From a virus (Duplodnaviria; Caudoviricetes), in IMG/VR virus record IMGVR_UViG_3300034148_000026, positions 1 to 36,344 of that record: a DNA stretch of 36,344 bases, one strand, 5' to 3'. The notes under the pieces were generated by a model. That model was not told where the DNA came from. It searched no databases and saw only the letters and a program-made list of their open reading frames with translations. Each line of letters starts with the position of its first letter. The first letter of the stretch is position 1. Below, one piece after another: positions 7,998-16,388 of the stretch. Made by a program: the position numbers and the translations under genes.

Positions 7998-8191
7998 ATC
8001 TTCCGCTGATGACAGACATCGATGCCCAGATCGCGTGCGTCGAACGCGAGATCAGGTTCCGCGAGCACGTCTACCCGCGCCGCGTCGAGGCGAACAAGAT
8101 GACCGAGAAGCAGGCGCGCGAGCAGATCGCGCTCATGCAAGCCGTGCTCGCGACGCTGCGCAAGGTCAACGAGAGCGAGCTGCTGCTATGA
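7994..8191 (+). CDS. Small conserved phage protein (65 aa)
   Basis: QIACVEREIRFREHVYPRRV...KMT...A..QIA.MQAVLATL; ATGA overlaps at both ends. Confidence 0.75.
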   Translation: MNLPLMTDIDAQIACVEREIRFREHVYPRRVEANKMTEKQAREQIALMQAVLATLRKVNESELLL

Positions 8192-8484
8192 GTGAAATCG
8201 TTGTGACTGACGCGCAGAAGGACATCGGCGCGCACGTGCTGTCCGAGTGGCTCGACGACGAGGCACCGCTGCACGAGAGGCGCTACCGCGATCCGGCCGA
8301 GGCGTGTTTCAAGGCGATGCTCGAAGTCGTCATTCCACCTGACGACATCCGACCGCTTGATACCTTTCGCGGAGTGTTCTCGCGCGCTGCCGATGTGATG
8401 GCTTTTTATCGCGGCAAGGACGACACGGACGCAAAGGTGCTGCGAGCGCTGGCCGATTCGATCTTGCCCGGAGTGAAGCTATGA
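8188..8484 (+). CDS. Hypothetical protein (98 aa)
   Basis: ATGA coupling with both neighbours. Confidence 0.65.
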   Translation: MSEIVVTDAQKDIGAHVLSEWLDDEAPLHERRYRDPAEACFKAMLEVVIPPDDIRPLDTFRGVFSRAADVMAFYRGKDDTDAKVLRALADSILPGVKL

Positions 8485-8693
8485 GCACGACCGACAAACC
8501 GTTCGGCGGCTACGAGACAGCGCAGGATGTCGTCGATGCCGTGGCGGCGGGCGCGATCGTTCGCACCGAGATCATCGAGCGCGCGCTGCTTGCGCTGCTC
8601 GGACGCGACTTCGTGATCAATTTCGGTTCGCTTGCAGCGCAAGCCTTTGCTCGCCGCGCGAGCGCCAATGAAGAAGGGAAAGGAGAACCATGA
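8481..8693 (+). CDS. Hypothetical protein (70 aa)
   Basis: ATGA overlap and GGAG RBS. Confidence 0.6.
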   Translation: MSTTDKPFGGYETAQDVVDAVAAGAIVRTEIIERALLALLGRDFVINFGSLAAQAFARRASANEEGKGEP

Positions 8694-8854
8694 CGATGCC
8701 ATATGGAGTCTCGACGTGGCGACCGGCCGACCCGGAGCCGAAGCTGCGCGACATCCCGCAACGCTAACCCCGATCAACCGCGCACGTCGCACCATTGCCG
8801 GCCCGGCGAACGCGTCGTGCTGGTCGTGCACGTCGTGCAACGAAAGGACCAACG

Positions 8855-9433
8855 ATGAGCAGCAAGCGACCGACATTCCTTCTCGCGGAGGGCACACGCA
8901 TCCGCATCACGAGCCACAACGTCAGATCGGAGTCGCACGGCGAACAGCAAGTGCCGAGCGCCGATCTCGGCATCCAATTGAACGGGCACAACGACATGCT
9001 GGCGATGTTCGACTCGAAGCTCAAGGCCGCGCTGTACGAGAAGACGAACGGGAAGGGCAACGGCAGCGACGAGGGACAGGGCGAACTCGCGCTGCCCGTG
9101 TCCGATCTGCCGCACGTGCGCTTCCCCGATCTCGCGCCGCTGCATCACAAGCGCGCGCTCGAAGGCTACTCGCTGACGCTCAACGTCGATGACGAGCCCG
9201 TCGATCTGCACGACTGCAAGGTCAACAAGTTCTCGTTCGAATGCATCGAGGGCGGCTCGCTGATCATCCGCTTCCGGGTGCAGTGCGCGGGCATCGACGC
9301 GGCAACCTACGGCAAGCTCGCGATGGCGTACACGATGGGCACCGACCTCGAATGCGAACTCTCGCCACCAGCTGAAGCGCAGAAGCGGCAGACGTCGCTC
9401 GCTGATGACGCCGCTGGCGTCGCGTTCCCATGA
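8855..9433 (+). CDS. Hypothetical phage protein (192 aa)
   Basis: AAAGGA RBS. The NVRSESHGEQQVPSADL motif is recalled from uncharacterised proteobacterial phage early proteins. Confidence 0.7.
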   Translation: MSSKRPTFLLAEGTRIRITSHNVRSESHGEQQVPSADLGIQLNGHNDMLAMFDSKLKAALYEKTNGKGNGSDEGQGELALPVSDLPHVRFPDLAPLHHKRALEGYSLTLNVDDEPVDLHDCKVNKFSFECIEGGSLIIRFRVQCAGIDAATYGKLAMAYTMGTDLECELSPPAEAQKRQTSLADDAAGVAFP

Positions 9434-9708
9434 ACGCACTGCGGCAAGCCATCATCGCGGGCTGGAACGCGATGCGCGATACGTGGCGCAGTTCGAGCGG
9501 CAACCCCGGCGTCGAGTACCGCTTCAAGCCCGGCGACCTCGTGCGCGTGTCCGGCCCCGAGCACGAGGACTTCGAGGCGACGATCGGCGAGCGGCTGTGG
9601 GACGACGAGAGCTATCGGCTGTCGAACGGATGGATCGTGCCGGGCAACCGCCTCGCGCACGTCAAGGCCGTGCCGCCGTGGCGCATCACAGGAAAGGATC
9701 GATCATGA
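9430..9708 (+). CDS. Small protein with an SH3/KOW-like beta domain (92 aa)
   Basis: FKPGDLVRV...ATIGE...YRL pattern; ATGA overlap. Confidence 0.6.
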   Translation: MNALRQAIIAGWNAMRDTWRSSSGNPGVEYRFKPGDLVRVSGPEHEDFEATIGERLWDDESYRLSNGWIVPGNRLAHVKAVPPWRITGKDRS

Positions 9709-9851
9709 AGCAGCCGCAGTGGGGAGAGCCGGCGAGCCTGCAAAGCGCGCTCGACAAGAAGGCACCGACAGAGAAGCCGCCGCCGTGGTGGCGCAAGCTG
9801 ACCGAGCGGTGGAAGCGCCTGCGCAAGAACACCGACAGGGGGCCGCGATGA
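9705..9851 (+). CDS. Small basic hypothetical protein (48 aa)
   Basis: AAGGA RBS; ATGA overlaps on both sides. Confidence 0.55.
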   Translation: MKQPQWGEPASLQSALDKKAPTEKPPPWWRKLTERWKRLRKNTDRGPR

Positions 9852-10246
9852 CCGACGACGACAAGATCGCCGCCTTCGAACGCTGGTACGCGCAAGCGAA
9901 CCTCGTTGACGTTCACGACTACTGCCGTGACGGATGGATCGCAGCCCGCTTCACTCCACCACCCGACGACGACGAGCAGCCGAGCGCCGAGGCGATGCAA
10001 CGCGAATGGGCCGAGGCCGCGATCCGTGTCAGCGCGATCTATAACGCACAGCAGAAGGCCATCCGAGAGGCGCTAGAGGATGCGGCGCGGCTGCTGCAAG
10101 TCGAGATCGACCACGCTGCCATAAACGGACACGCGCTCGACCTGCGGAGCCAAGGTTGCGCAACCGGCTTCACCGGCAAGCCCGAGCCGGCGATCCGCGC
10201 GTCCGCCATCAAGGCTGTGAGGGACCGCCTCAGGGGCGGTGCGTAA
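9848..10246 (+). CDS. Hypothetical protein (132 aa)
   Basis: ATGA overlap; AFERWY...GWIAA pattern common in small phage proteins. Confidence 0.6.
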   Translation: MTDDDKIAAFERWYAQANLVDVHDYCRDGWIAARFTPPPDDDEQPSAEAMQREWAEAAIRVSAIYNAQQKAIREALEDAARLLQVEIDHAAINGHALDLRSQGCATGFTGKPEPAIRASAIKAVRDRLRGGA

Positions 10247-10247
10247 G

Positions 10248-10418
10248 GTGGAGGTGCGCGACTTCTTGCGCTCGCTGAATCGCGAAGGCTTCTGGCTGTC
10301 GCTCGCGGTCGGGCTTGCGGTGCCGTCCCTCTTTCAGGACATGGTGGTCGGGATGGGCTTCTGCGCGTGCGTCTGTACCGCCAACGTGGCCGTGTTCGAT
10401 CTATGGGGGAAGCAATGA
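10248..10418 (+). CDS. Small membrane protein (about 56 aa; not in ORF track)
   Basis: Hand translation VEVRDFLRSLNREGFWLSLAVGLAVPSLFQDMVVGMGFCACVCTANVAVFDLWGKQ, with two hydrophobic stretches. Confidence 0.45.
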   Translation: MEVRDFLRSLNREGFWLSLAVGLAVPSLFQDMVVGMGFCACVCTANVAVFDLWGKQ

Positions 10419-10469
10419 CCAAGGCTGGCGACGCGCAAGAGAAGAAGGGCGAACGCGCAACACGCGTGA

Positions 10470-10690
10470 CCCTAGGCGACGTGCAACGCGTCGCCTCGCG
10501 CGCCCCCTAGGCGACCCCTAGGGCGCGCCGTTCGCCCCCCCTAGGCGCCTAGGCGCGCCCCCCGCGTGCGATCCCTCATAGGGCCGACCCCCTAGGCCGA
10601 CCCCCCCTTTTCCTAGTCACTACATATATGAGACAATCGTCCTGTCTAGTTCCTAGACACAAGACGACCGCTTTGATACCCGACTAGGTC
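10470..10690. repeat. CCTAGG repeat cluster 2 and probable promoter of the second early operon
   Basis: CCTAGG at 10471, 10506, 10517, 10540, 10548 and 10591; extra CTAG at 10613, 10646, 10653 and 10684; AT-rich TACATATATGAGACAAT at 10621-10637. Confidence 0.7.
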
Positions 10691-11000
10691 CCGGGTTATG
10701 CGCGAGGTGCGAACAGCACACGGTGGGCAGATGACCTCCCATCACACAGACCCGAGACGGGGATTGCGCGACAGCGCAGGGCGATCGACAGAACGCCACC
10801 CCGTTGAGTTCGTGCGACGTGCGCACGCGATCGGGTCGAACGTCAGACACGAACACCGCGCGACAACACATTAGCAACCAACCCGCCGCGCGGAACGCTC
10901 ATTGAAGACGCATCACGCGTGACGCAGCAGCGCCGCGTGATCTCGTCGAAGGCCCACGGTGGCCTTCCGAAACGCCTCGACATCACGTTAGGACGTTTCG
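10637..11000 (+). ncRNA. Candidate highly structured non-coding RNA or 5' leader
   Basis: A continuous series of helices, including multibranch junctions, fills an intergenic region with no credible ORF (coordinates in findings). Confidence 0.55.
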
Positions 11001-11036
11001 CATTGCCACCACAACCACCACGAAAGAAACCAGACC

Positions 11037-11303
11037 ATGAACACCACGACCAAGACCCGCACTCAAATCATCATCGACGCGCTGCACGCACGCGGCATCG
11101 TCCCGCTCGATGTCTTCCTCGAAGACGACGGCGCGGACGAGATCACGTTCGCTAAGAACGCGACGATCTACGTCAAGCGGACGGGCAGCGCTTACGTCCA
11201 CGTGAACGACGGCGGCGTCGGCACGTTCTCGCCCGAGCGGCGCGTGCCGTCCGAACTCGGCGCGTTGCTCGCCGACGTGATCGCCGCGACCGCCGCGATC
11301 TGA
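11037..11303 (+). CDS. Hypothetical early protein (88 aa)
   Basis: C/A-rich leader ending GAAAGAAACCAGACC-ATG; coding-like codon usage. Confidence 0.7.
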   Translation: MNTTTKTRTQIIIDALHARGIVPLDVFLEDDGADEITFAKNATIYVKRTGSAYVHVNDGGVGTFSPERRVPSELGALLADVIAATAAI

Positions 11304-11342
11304 ACAACGAACAACCCACCACCCAACGAAAGACCACGAACC

Positions 11343-11645
11343 ATGAACATCCGCGAACTGATCGAAGAACTTGAATCGCTTGCCGACGAACACGGCGACA
11401 ACATCGAGGTGCGCCTCGCGCATCAACCGCAGTGGCCGTTCGAATACGCGATCGGCAATGTCGTCGCTGTCGACACGGTCGGCGAGCCCGACCAAGAGAA
11501 CTTCCACACCGAGGAGGAATTCAACGAGGCGGTCGCGAACTACGACCCGAGCAACAGCGACGCGCTGATCGTCTACATCGGCGAGGCGGGCCAGATCGGC
11601 TACCTGCCCGGCGCTGCCGCGTCCGCACTCGGCTGGGGGCGTTGA
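11343..11645 (+). CDS. Small acidic conserved phage/ICE protein (100 aa)
   Basis: ELIEELE...EVRLAHQPQWPFEYAI...VYIGEAGQIGYLP pattern. Confidence 0.8.
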   Translation: MNIRELIEELESLADEHGDNIEVRLAHQPQWPFEYAIGNVVAVDTVGEPDQENFHTEEEFNEAVANYDPSNSDALIVYIGEAGQIGYLPGAAASALGWGR

Positions 11646-11944
11646 TGCAGTACGTCATCCACTACCGGCTCGACAACGTCGCACGCACGCCCGGCCGATG
11701 CGGCAGCGATCACGAGGTCGAACCCGGCGACCTCATCGACGTGCGCGACGAACGCGCGGTGGTCGTGTCGTGCCTCGCCGTCAACGTCACGTCGCTGCGC
11801 ACCGCGAATCAGGGGCAGCGTCACATCACGAACCGCAAGGTCGTCTGCCACAACTGCGGCGGCGACGGCTACAGCGTCGAGTCAGATGCAGCGCACGGCA
11901 GACACATCCCCTGCCCTGCATGTAACGGAAGGGGCGCGACGTGA
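11645..11944 (+). CDS. Protein with a DnaJ-type CxxCxGxG zinc-finger pair (99 aa)
   Basis: CHNCGGDG...CPACNGRG; TGATG overlap. Confidence 0.65.
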   Translation: MQYVIHYRLDNVARTPGRCGSDHEVEPGDLIDVRDERAVVVSCLAVNVTSLRTANQGQRHITNRKVVCHNCGGDGYSVESDAAHGRHIPCPACNGRGAT

Positions 11945-12345
11945 CGCGCCCCGCCGTGTACCTCGCGCCCGCCGTGTTCGCACAGGCGGTGCGTGACGCA
12001 GAGAAGCGGGCGGGCGTGTCGCATGACGACGCGCTAGGCGTGCACATCGATGACGACGAGATCGACACGTACCACGCACGCGACGTGCTCGGCGACATGG
12101 AGGCGCGCAACGTCGAAGCGGCGGTCACGCGCACGCAGCACGAACGATCGACGGGCAGGCATCGACGATCGACGAACGACGCCCACAACGTGCGCACGTT
12201 CGCCGTGCGTCTGATGGTCGGCGATGTCGAGCATCTGTACCGCATCGACGCGATCGACCCGCCCGCCGCAGCTAGGGGCGCGCGACGCGCGCACGCGGAC
12301 GCGGGGCTGAAACCGAGCACGGCGTGTCGCGTGCGATTGGCATGA
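11941..12345 (+). CDS. Hypothetical protein (134 aa)
   Basis: GTGA overlap with the upstream stop. Confidence 0.5.
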   Translation: MTRPAVYLAPAVFAQAVRDAEKRAGVSHDDALGVHIDDDEIDTYHARDVLGDMEARNVEAAVTRTQHERSTGRHRRSTNDAHNVRTFAVRLMVGDVEHLYRIDAIDPPAAARGARRAHADAGLKPSTACRVRLA

Positions 12346-12418
12346 CTCAGCGGCAAGGGCAACCAGCCTTTGCCGCCGCGAAATGTCTCGACGGCAACAA
12401 CCACAAGGAGTTAGGACC

Positions 12419-12802
12419 ATGGAAGCCACCCCCAATAAGGGCAAGACCGACGCAACGAACGGCGCGAAGGCGAAAGCGAAGCCGAAGCGCGCAGCGAAGC
12501 CGCGTGTCACGGCGGCGCAGCGCGCAGCCGAGAAGCGCACGCAGTTCAACGAAGCGATCGGCCGCGTTGCGAAGCGCGTCCCGTTCGTTGACAACCCGCC
12601 GCAAGCGGGCGAGGCGTCGACCGTTGCATGCGCGATCGTCAACAGCGTGCTGCACGCTGTCGCTGTCGCGCTCGTCGCCAATCGCCTGACCGCCGAGGAC
12701 GTTCTCGCCGCCAACGCTTTGTTCTTGCGCACGGCGGGCGTTGAGGAGATCGAAGCGCCGATGGGCGGCACGACGTTCCAGCGCGTCGCGAAGCCCGACT
12801 AA
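12419..12802 (+). CDS. Hypothetical protein with a Lys/Ala-rich N-terminus (127 aa)
   Basis: AAGGAG RBS, C/A-rich leader and an upstream 11-bp hairpin at 12350-12376. Confidence 0.75.
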   Translation: MEATPNKGKTDATNGAKAKAKPKRAAKPRVTAAQRAAEKRTQFNEAIGRVAKRVPFVDNPPQAGEASTVACAIVNSVLHAVAVALVANRLTAEDVLAANALFLRTAGVEEIEAPMGGTTFQRVAKPD

Positions 12803-12898
12803 GAGAGAGAGCGCCTAGCCGGTTCCCCTGCATGCGAGGGGTTCCGGGTGTGCCGTTCAAGAGCATCACCACTCACCACAACCACGAAAGGAAAGACC

Positions 12899-14455
12899 AT
12901 GACCACGACCACCACCAAGACCGCTGGCGCCGCGTGCGCCGCTGACATCTCCGTGCTGCTGCGCGCGCGCAATCCCTTGATCTGGCTCGTCACGCGAGAA
13001 GAAGCACGCGCCGAGCGCATCGTCGTCGAAGCCGCCACGTCGGCGCAGTACGTGCCGATGTTCTGGGACTGCGCGTCGGGTATCTCGAACATCGAGGGGC
13101 CGGTCAACCCGGGCGCGTTCTTGCCCGAGACTGTGCTCGCGACGATTCGCGACTCGGGTCAGCGCAGCGTCTGGATCATGCGCGACCTGCCGGCCGTGCT
13201 GAAGAACGATCCGATCTCGTCGCGTGCGTTGCGTTCGCTGTGCCGCACGCTGCCGCAGACGGCGCGCGACAACGCGCGCGCCATCGTCATCTTGACGCCC
13301 AGCGCAGAGGTGCCGCCCGAGCTCGCCGGCCACGCGATCGTCATCGACGTGCCGCTGCCCGATCGCACCGAGGTCGCCGAACTGCTCGACGACGCGCTCA
13401 ACAGGTTGACGCCCGACGTGCGCGAGACGGCGCTGCCCGATGGCAATCGCGACAAGGCGATCGACGCCGCGCTCGGTCTGTCAGAGGAAGAAGTGCAGTC
13501 GACGTTCTCCGCGTCGCTGATCAAGACGCGCACGATCTGCCCGGCGATCGTCGCGGGCGAGAAGAAGCGGATCATCGCGCGCGAACGCGTGCTCGAATGG
13601 CACGACCCGCACCCGGCCGGCCTCGACGGCGTCGGCGGCCTGGAGAACCTGAAGGAATGGCTCGTGCAGCGTCGCGATGCGTTCTCGCAAGAAGCGCGCG
13701 ACTACGGCCTGCCGTCCCCGAAGGGCGTCTTCCTCGGCGGCGTCACCGGCTGCGGCAAGTCGCTGACCGCGAAGGCGGTCGCCGCCGCGTGGGGGATGCC
13801 GCTGCTGCGCCTCGACATGGGCGCGCTGCAATCGAAGTGGATCGGCGAGAGCCAGACGAACATTCGCAAGGCGTTCAAGACTGCGGAGGCCGTCGCGCCG
13901 TGCGTGCTGTGGGCCGACGAGATCGACAAGGCGCTCGATGGCGCGGGGCAAGGCGCAGCGGACGGCGGCGTGTCGTCCGATGCGCTGGGCACGCTGCTGA
14001 CGTGGATGGAAGAGCGCCCGCCCGGCGTCTTCGTCGTCGCGACGGCGAACGACGTGGCGAAGCTGCCGCCCGAACTGCTCGGCCGATTCGACGAGCGGTT
14101 CTTTATCGATCTTCCGAGCGCACAGGAGCGCATCGAAGTCATCCGCGCCGCGCTGGCGAAGCACGGGCGCAACGAAACGCTGATCGACATCAACGCGACG
14201 GTCGCGGCGACGGACGGCTTCACCGGCCGCGAGATCGCCGCGCTCGTACCCGACGCGATGTTCGTCGCGTTCGCGGACGGCAAGCGTGCATTGACGACGA
14301 GCGACCTGCGCGCGTCCGCCGAGCGCACGTCGCCGCTATCGAAGACGCAACCGGACCGCATCAAGGCGCAACGCGCATGGGGCGCAACGGGCGCACGACC
14401 CGCGAACAGGCATTCGATCGTCGCGTCCGCGAACGTGCGCGCGCTCGATCTCTGA
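12899..14455 (+). CDS. Ycf46-type AAA+ ATPase (degenerate N-terminal AAA plus active C-terminal AAA; 518 aa)
   Basis: LRARNPLIWLVTREEARA N-terminus, GGLENLKEWL, Walker A GVTGCGKS, LLRLDMG...SKWIGES, Walker B LWADEIDK, VATAN and LPPELLGRFDE. Confidence 0.9.
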   Translation: MTTTTTKTAGAACAADISVLLRARNPLIWLVTREEARAERIVVEAATSAQYVPMFWDCASGISNIEGPVNPGAFLPETVLATIRDSGQRSVWIMRDLPAVLKNDPISSRALRSLCRTLPQTARDNARAIVILTPSAEVPPELAGHAIVIDVPLPDRTEVAELLDDALNRLTPDVRETALPDGNRDKAIDAALGLSEEEVQSTFSASLIKTRTICPAIVAGEKKRIIARERVLEWHDPHPAGLDGVGGLENLKEWLVQRRDAFSQEARDYGLPSPKGVFLGGVTGCGKSLTAKAVAAAWGMPLLRLDMGALQSKWIGESQTNIRKAFKTAEAVAPCVLWADEIDKALDGAGQGAADGGVSSDALGTLLTWMEERPPGVFVVATANDVAKLPPELLGRFDERFFIDLPSAQERIEVIRAALAKHGRNETLIDINATVAATDGFTGREIAALVPDAMFVAFADGKRALTTSDLRASAERTSPLSKTQPDRIKAQRAWGATGARPANRHSIVASANVRALDL

Positions 14456-14485
14456 TCACCACCAACCACAGAAGGGAACCAGACC

Positions 14486-15301
14486 ATGACCACCCACACA
14501 TCCATCATCCGCCCCGGCCTGCTCGTCAGTCTCAAGACCAACGTCGTCGGCGGCGTCTCCTACCAGAAGGTGACGCTCGAAGCGGACCATTCGGTCGGCG
14601 AGAAGCAGCGGCGCGCGCGTTGGGAGACGACGCGCCAGATCACCGACGCCGAAGAGCATGAGGCAGCGGTGATCACGCGCGGCAAGTGCCGCAGCGTCGT
14701 CGCCGCCGTGTGCTGCCCGTCGTCGCACGGGCTGCTGTGCCCGCAGTCGAACGAAGACAAGCTGACCGCTGCGATCGCAGAGGCGCACGAACTCGCGAAC
14801 GCGTTCAACGTGAACGCGGTGCACACGCGCGTCGAGGTCTACGTGATCACCGGGCGCGTCGCAGACAGCGACCAGCAGGCAGCGGCCGCGATCGGCGCAG
14901 AGGTGCGCGACCTCATCGACGCGATGCAGAAGGGCGTGGCGGCCGCCGACCCGAAGGCGATCCGCGCCGCAGCGAACGAGGCGCGCGCGATGGCCGGCAT
15001 GCTCAGCGCGGACGTGCAGGACAAGGTGTCGAAGGCGATCGCCGAAGTTCGCACCGTCGCGCGTGACATCGTGCGACGTGTCGAGAAGACCGGCGAGACA
15101 GCGGCGTCCATCGTCAACGGGCTGCAACTGGAACGGCTGAACGACGCGCGCATCGCCGTGCTCGACCTGACGGGCGACTTCGAATCGGCAGATCAGTTGT
15201 CGCTGCCCGTTGCCGGCCGTGCGCTGGAACTCGAAGCGAGCAACGACGACGCGACGACGCGCGGCGCGGTCGCGGGTCGTGCTCTCGACTTGGGAGCCTG
15301 A
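14486..15301 (+). CDS. Helical hypothetical protein, partner of the AAA ATPase (271 aa)
   Basis: Own RBS and leader; C-terminal repeats VAGRALEL and VAGRALDL. Confidence 0.8.
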   Translation: MTTHTSIIRPGLLVSLKTNVVGGVSYQKVTLEADHSVGEKQRRARWETTRQITDAEEHEAAVITRGKCRSVVAAVCCPSSHGLLCPQSNEDKLTAAIAEAHELANAFNVNAVHTRVEVYVITGRVADSDQQAAAAIGAEVRDLIDAMQKGVAAADPKAIRAAANEARAMAGMLSADVQDKVSKAIAEVRTVARDIVRRVEKTGETAASIVNGLQLERLNDARIAVLDLTGDFESADQLSLPVAGRALELEASNDDATTRGAVAGRALDLGA

Positions 15302-15303
15302 CC

Positions 15304-15642
15304 ATGCCGTGCTTCACAAACGAGAACGTCACGCCCGCGCGGAAGGCAAAGATGCTCACCGCGTTGGAGCAGTTGCAGAAGTCGATCGGTCGAGGCACGG
15401 TGACCATCGTCGTCTCGAAGCTCAACGGCGCGGTCGCCTTCAACGGCTGGCGCGCCGAAGACCGCGAGGGCCTTAGCGACATCTGCGCGTATCGCGCGCT
15501 GATGGCGACGCCGAACATGGCGCCCGAGGTACGCAACGCGCTGCGCAAGGCACAGATCATGGCGAACACGCCCGTCAGCACGCGCGCTATCGCGTCCGGT
15601 CTGCACTCTCACGATGGAGGCTCGACATGGAGCAGACATTGA
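15304..15642 (+). CDS. Hypothetical protein with an MPC start and HSHDGGxTW end (112 aa), possibly metal-binding
   Basis: GGGAG RBS; Cys3, DICAYR and a terminal HSH...H. Confidence 0.8.
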   Translation: MPCFTNENVTPARKAKMLTALEQLQKSIGRGTVTIVVSKLNGAVAFNGWRAEDREGLSDICAYRALMATPNMAPEVRNALRKAQIMANTPVSTRAIASGLHSHDGGSTWSRH

Positions 15643-15803
15643 ACGATGACGACGACGACACCTTGCCAGATTGCCCGGCGTGCGGCGGCGACGCCGCATG
15701 GCTAGGCGGGCTCGGTCGCGTCACGCACTACAGATGCCGCGCCTGCGGCATCGGCTTTTCAACCACCACCACCAGCGAGGACAACGATGCAGACGAAACA
15801 TAA
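15639..15803 (+). CDS. Small zinc-ribbon protein (54 aa; not in ORF track)
   Basis: TTG start overlapping the upstream TGA, GGAG RBS 6 nt upstream; CPACGG..WLGGLG..HYRCRACG. Confidence 0.7.
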   Translation: MNDDDDDTLPDCPACGGDAAWLGGLGRVTHYRCRACGIGFSTTTTSEDNDADET

Positions 15804-16185
15804 GGTGACCTTCCAGCCCGGCACGCCGGGCGGCTACGAGGGCACACACCATTTCCAGACGATCAGGGAGCGCAACGCGTTCGTCGCGCGTGCGCATGCG
15901 CGCGGCGTGGGCAACGAATGGATCGAACCGTCGCACGTCGTCGCGACCGAGAAGACCACCACCACTGGAAACGAAATGATCGACACCGACCAGCCCGTCC
16001 GCATCACGGCGGCGGGCCTCAAGGCGAACCCGGATTTCAAGGGCCTCGTCGGCACCGTCATCCCGGCTTCGCGCGTCAACGCGCGCGGCATCGCCGTGTT
16101 CTTCCCCGAGCGCGGCGCGACTTCGATCTGGCTCGACGGCGAAGTCGAGAACGTGCCGGCCAAGAACGATCGGAGAGTGCCGTGA
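15787..16185 (+). CDS. Hypothetical protein (132 aa), possibly two fused small domains
   Basis: GAGGA RBS; internal leader-like stretch and an in-frame ATG at 15976. Confidence 0.6.
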   Translation: MQTKHKVTFQPGTPGGYEGTHHFQTIRERNAFVARAHARGVGNEWIEPSHVVATEKTTTTGNEMIDTDQPVRITAAGLKANPDFKGLVGTVIPASRVNARGIAVFFPERGATSIWLDGEVENVPAKNDRRVP

Positions 16186-16388
16186 AAGCAGCGAAGAAAA
16201 AGAACCCGCGCACGGGGCGACGCCCGATGTCACCGACCGGCGAGGCGATGAAGATGCATCACTTCCGCGCGACAGACTCGATGTGGAACAAGGCGGGCGT
16301 GCTCGGCGAAGACATCGGCGGCGCGAGCGAATGGATTCGACGCGCCATCGACGCGGCACCGTGGCCTATGAAGGGAGGGCGGCGATGA
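16182..16388 (+). CDS. Ribbon-helix-helix-like DNA-binding protein (68 aa)
   Basis: GRRPMSPTGEAMKMHHFRATDSMWNKAGVLG...GGASEWIRRAIDAA; GTGA overlap and GGAG RBS. Confidence 0.7.
   Translation: MKAAKKKNPRTGRRPMSPTGEAMKMHHFRATDSMWNKAGVLGEDIGGASEWIRRAIDAAPWPMKGGRR

Noticed and set aside
8690-8767. 25-aa ORF MTMPYGVSTWRPADPEPKLRDIPQR with RBS and ATGA overlap
   Set aside because: Plausible but too short, with no motif support; the 31-aa ORF at 10415-10510 and the 41-aa ORF at 20910-21035 were left out for the same reason.
10470-10600. CCTAGG clusters as a mini-CRISPR, IS ends or att sites
   Set aside because: Units are only 6-17 nt with irregular short spacing; no transposase or integrase is present.
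10690-10900. tRNA or known riboswitch within the structured region
   Set aside because: No T-loop (GTTCRA) in a cloverleaf context, no CCA end, and no riboswitch consensus that I recognise.
13240-14661. Long alternative-frame and antisense ORFs (also 22333-23841, 24544-26421, 28136-29431, 33557-34864)
   Set aside because: Arg/Ala/Pro-rich shadow ORFs expected in high-GC DNA, overlapping well-supported genes.
15193-15207. QLSLP as a beta-clamp-binding motif in the AAA partner protein
   Set aside because: Short and imperfect (no terminal Phe); cannot be distinguished from chance without an alignment.
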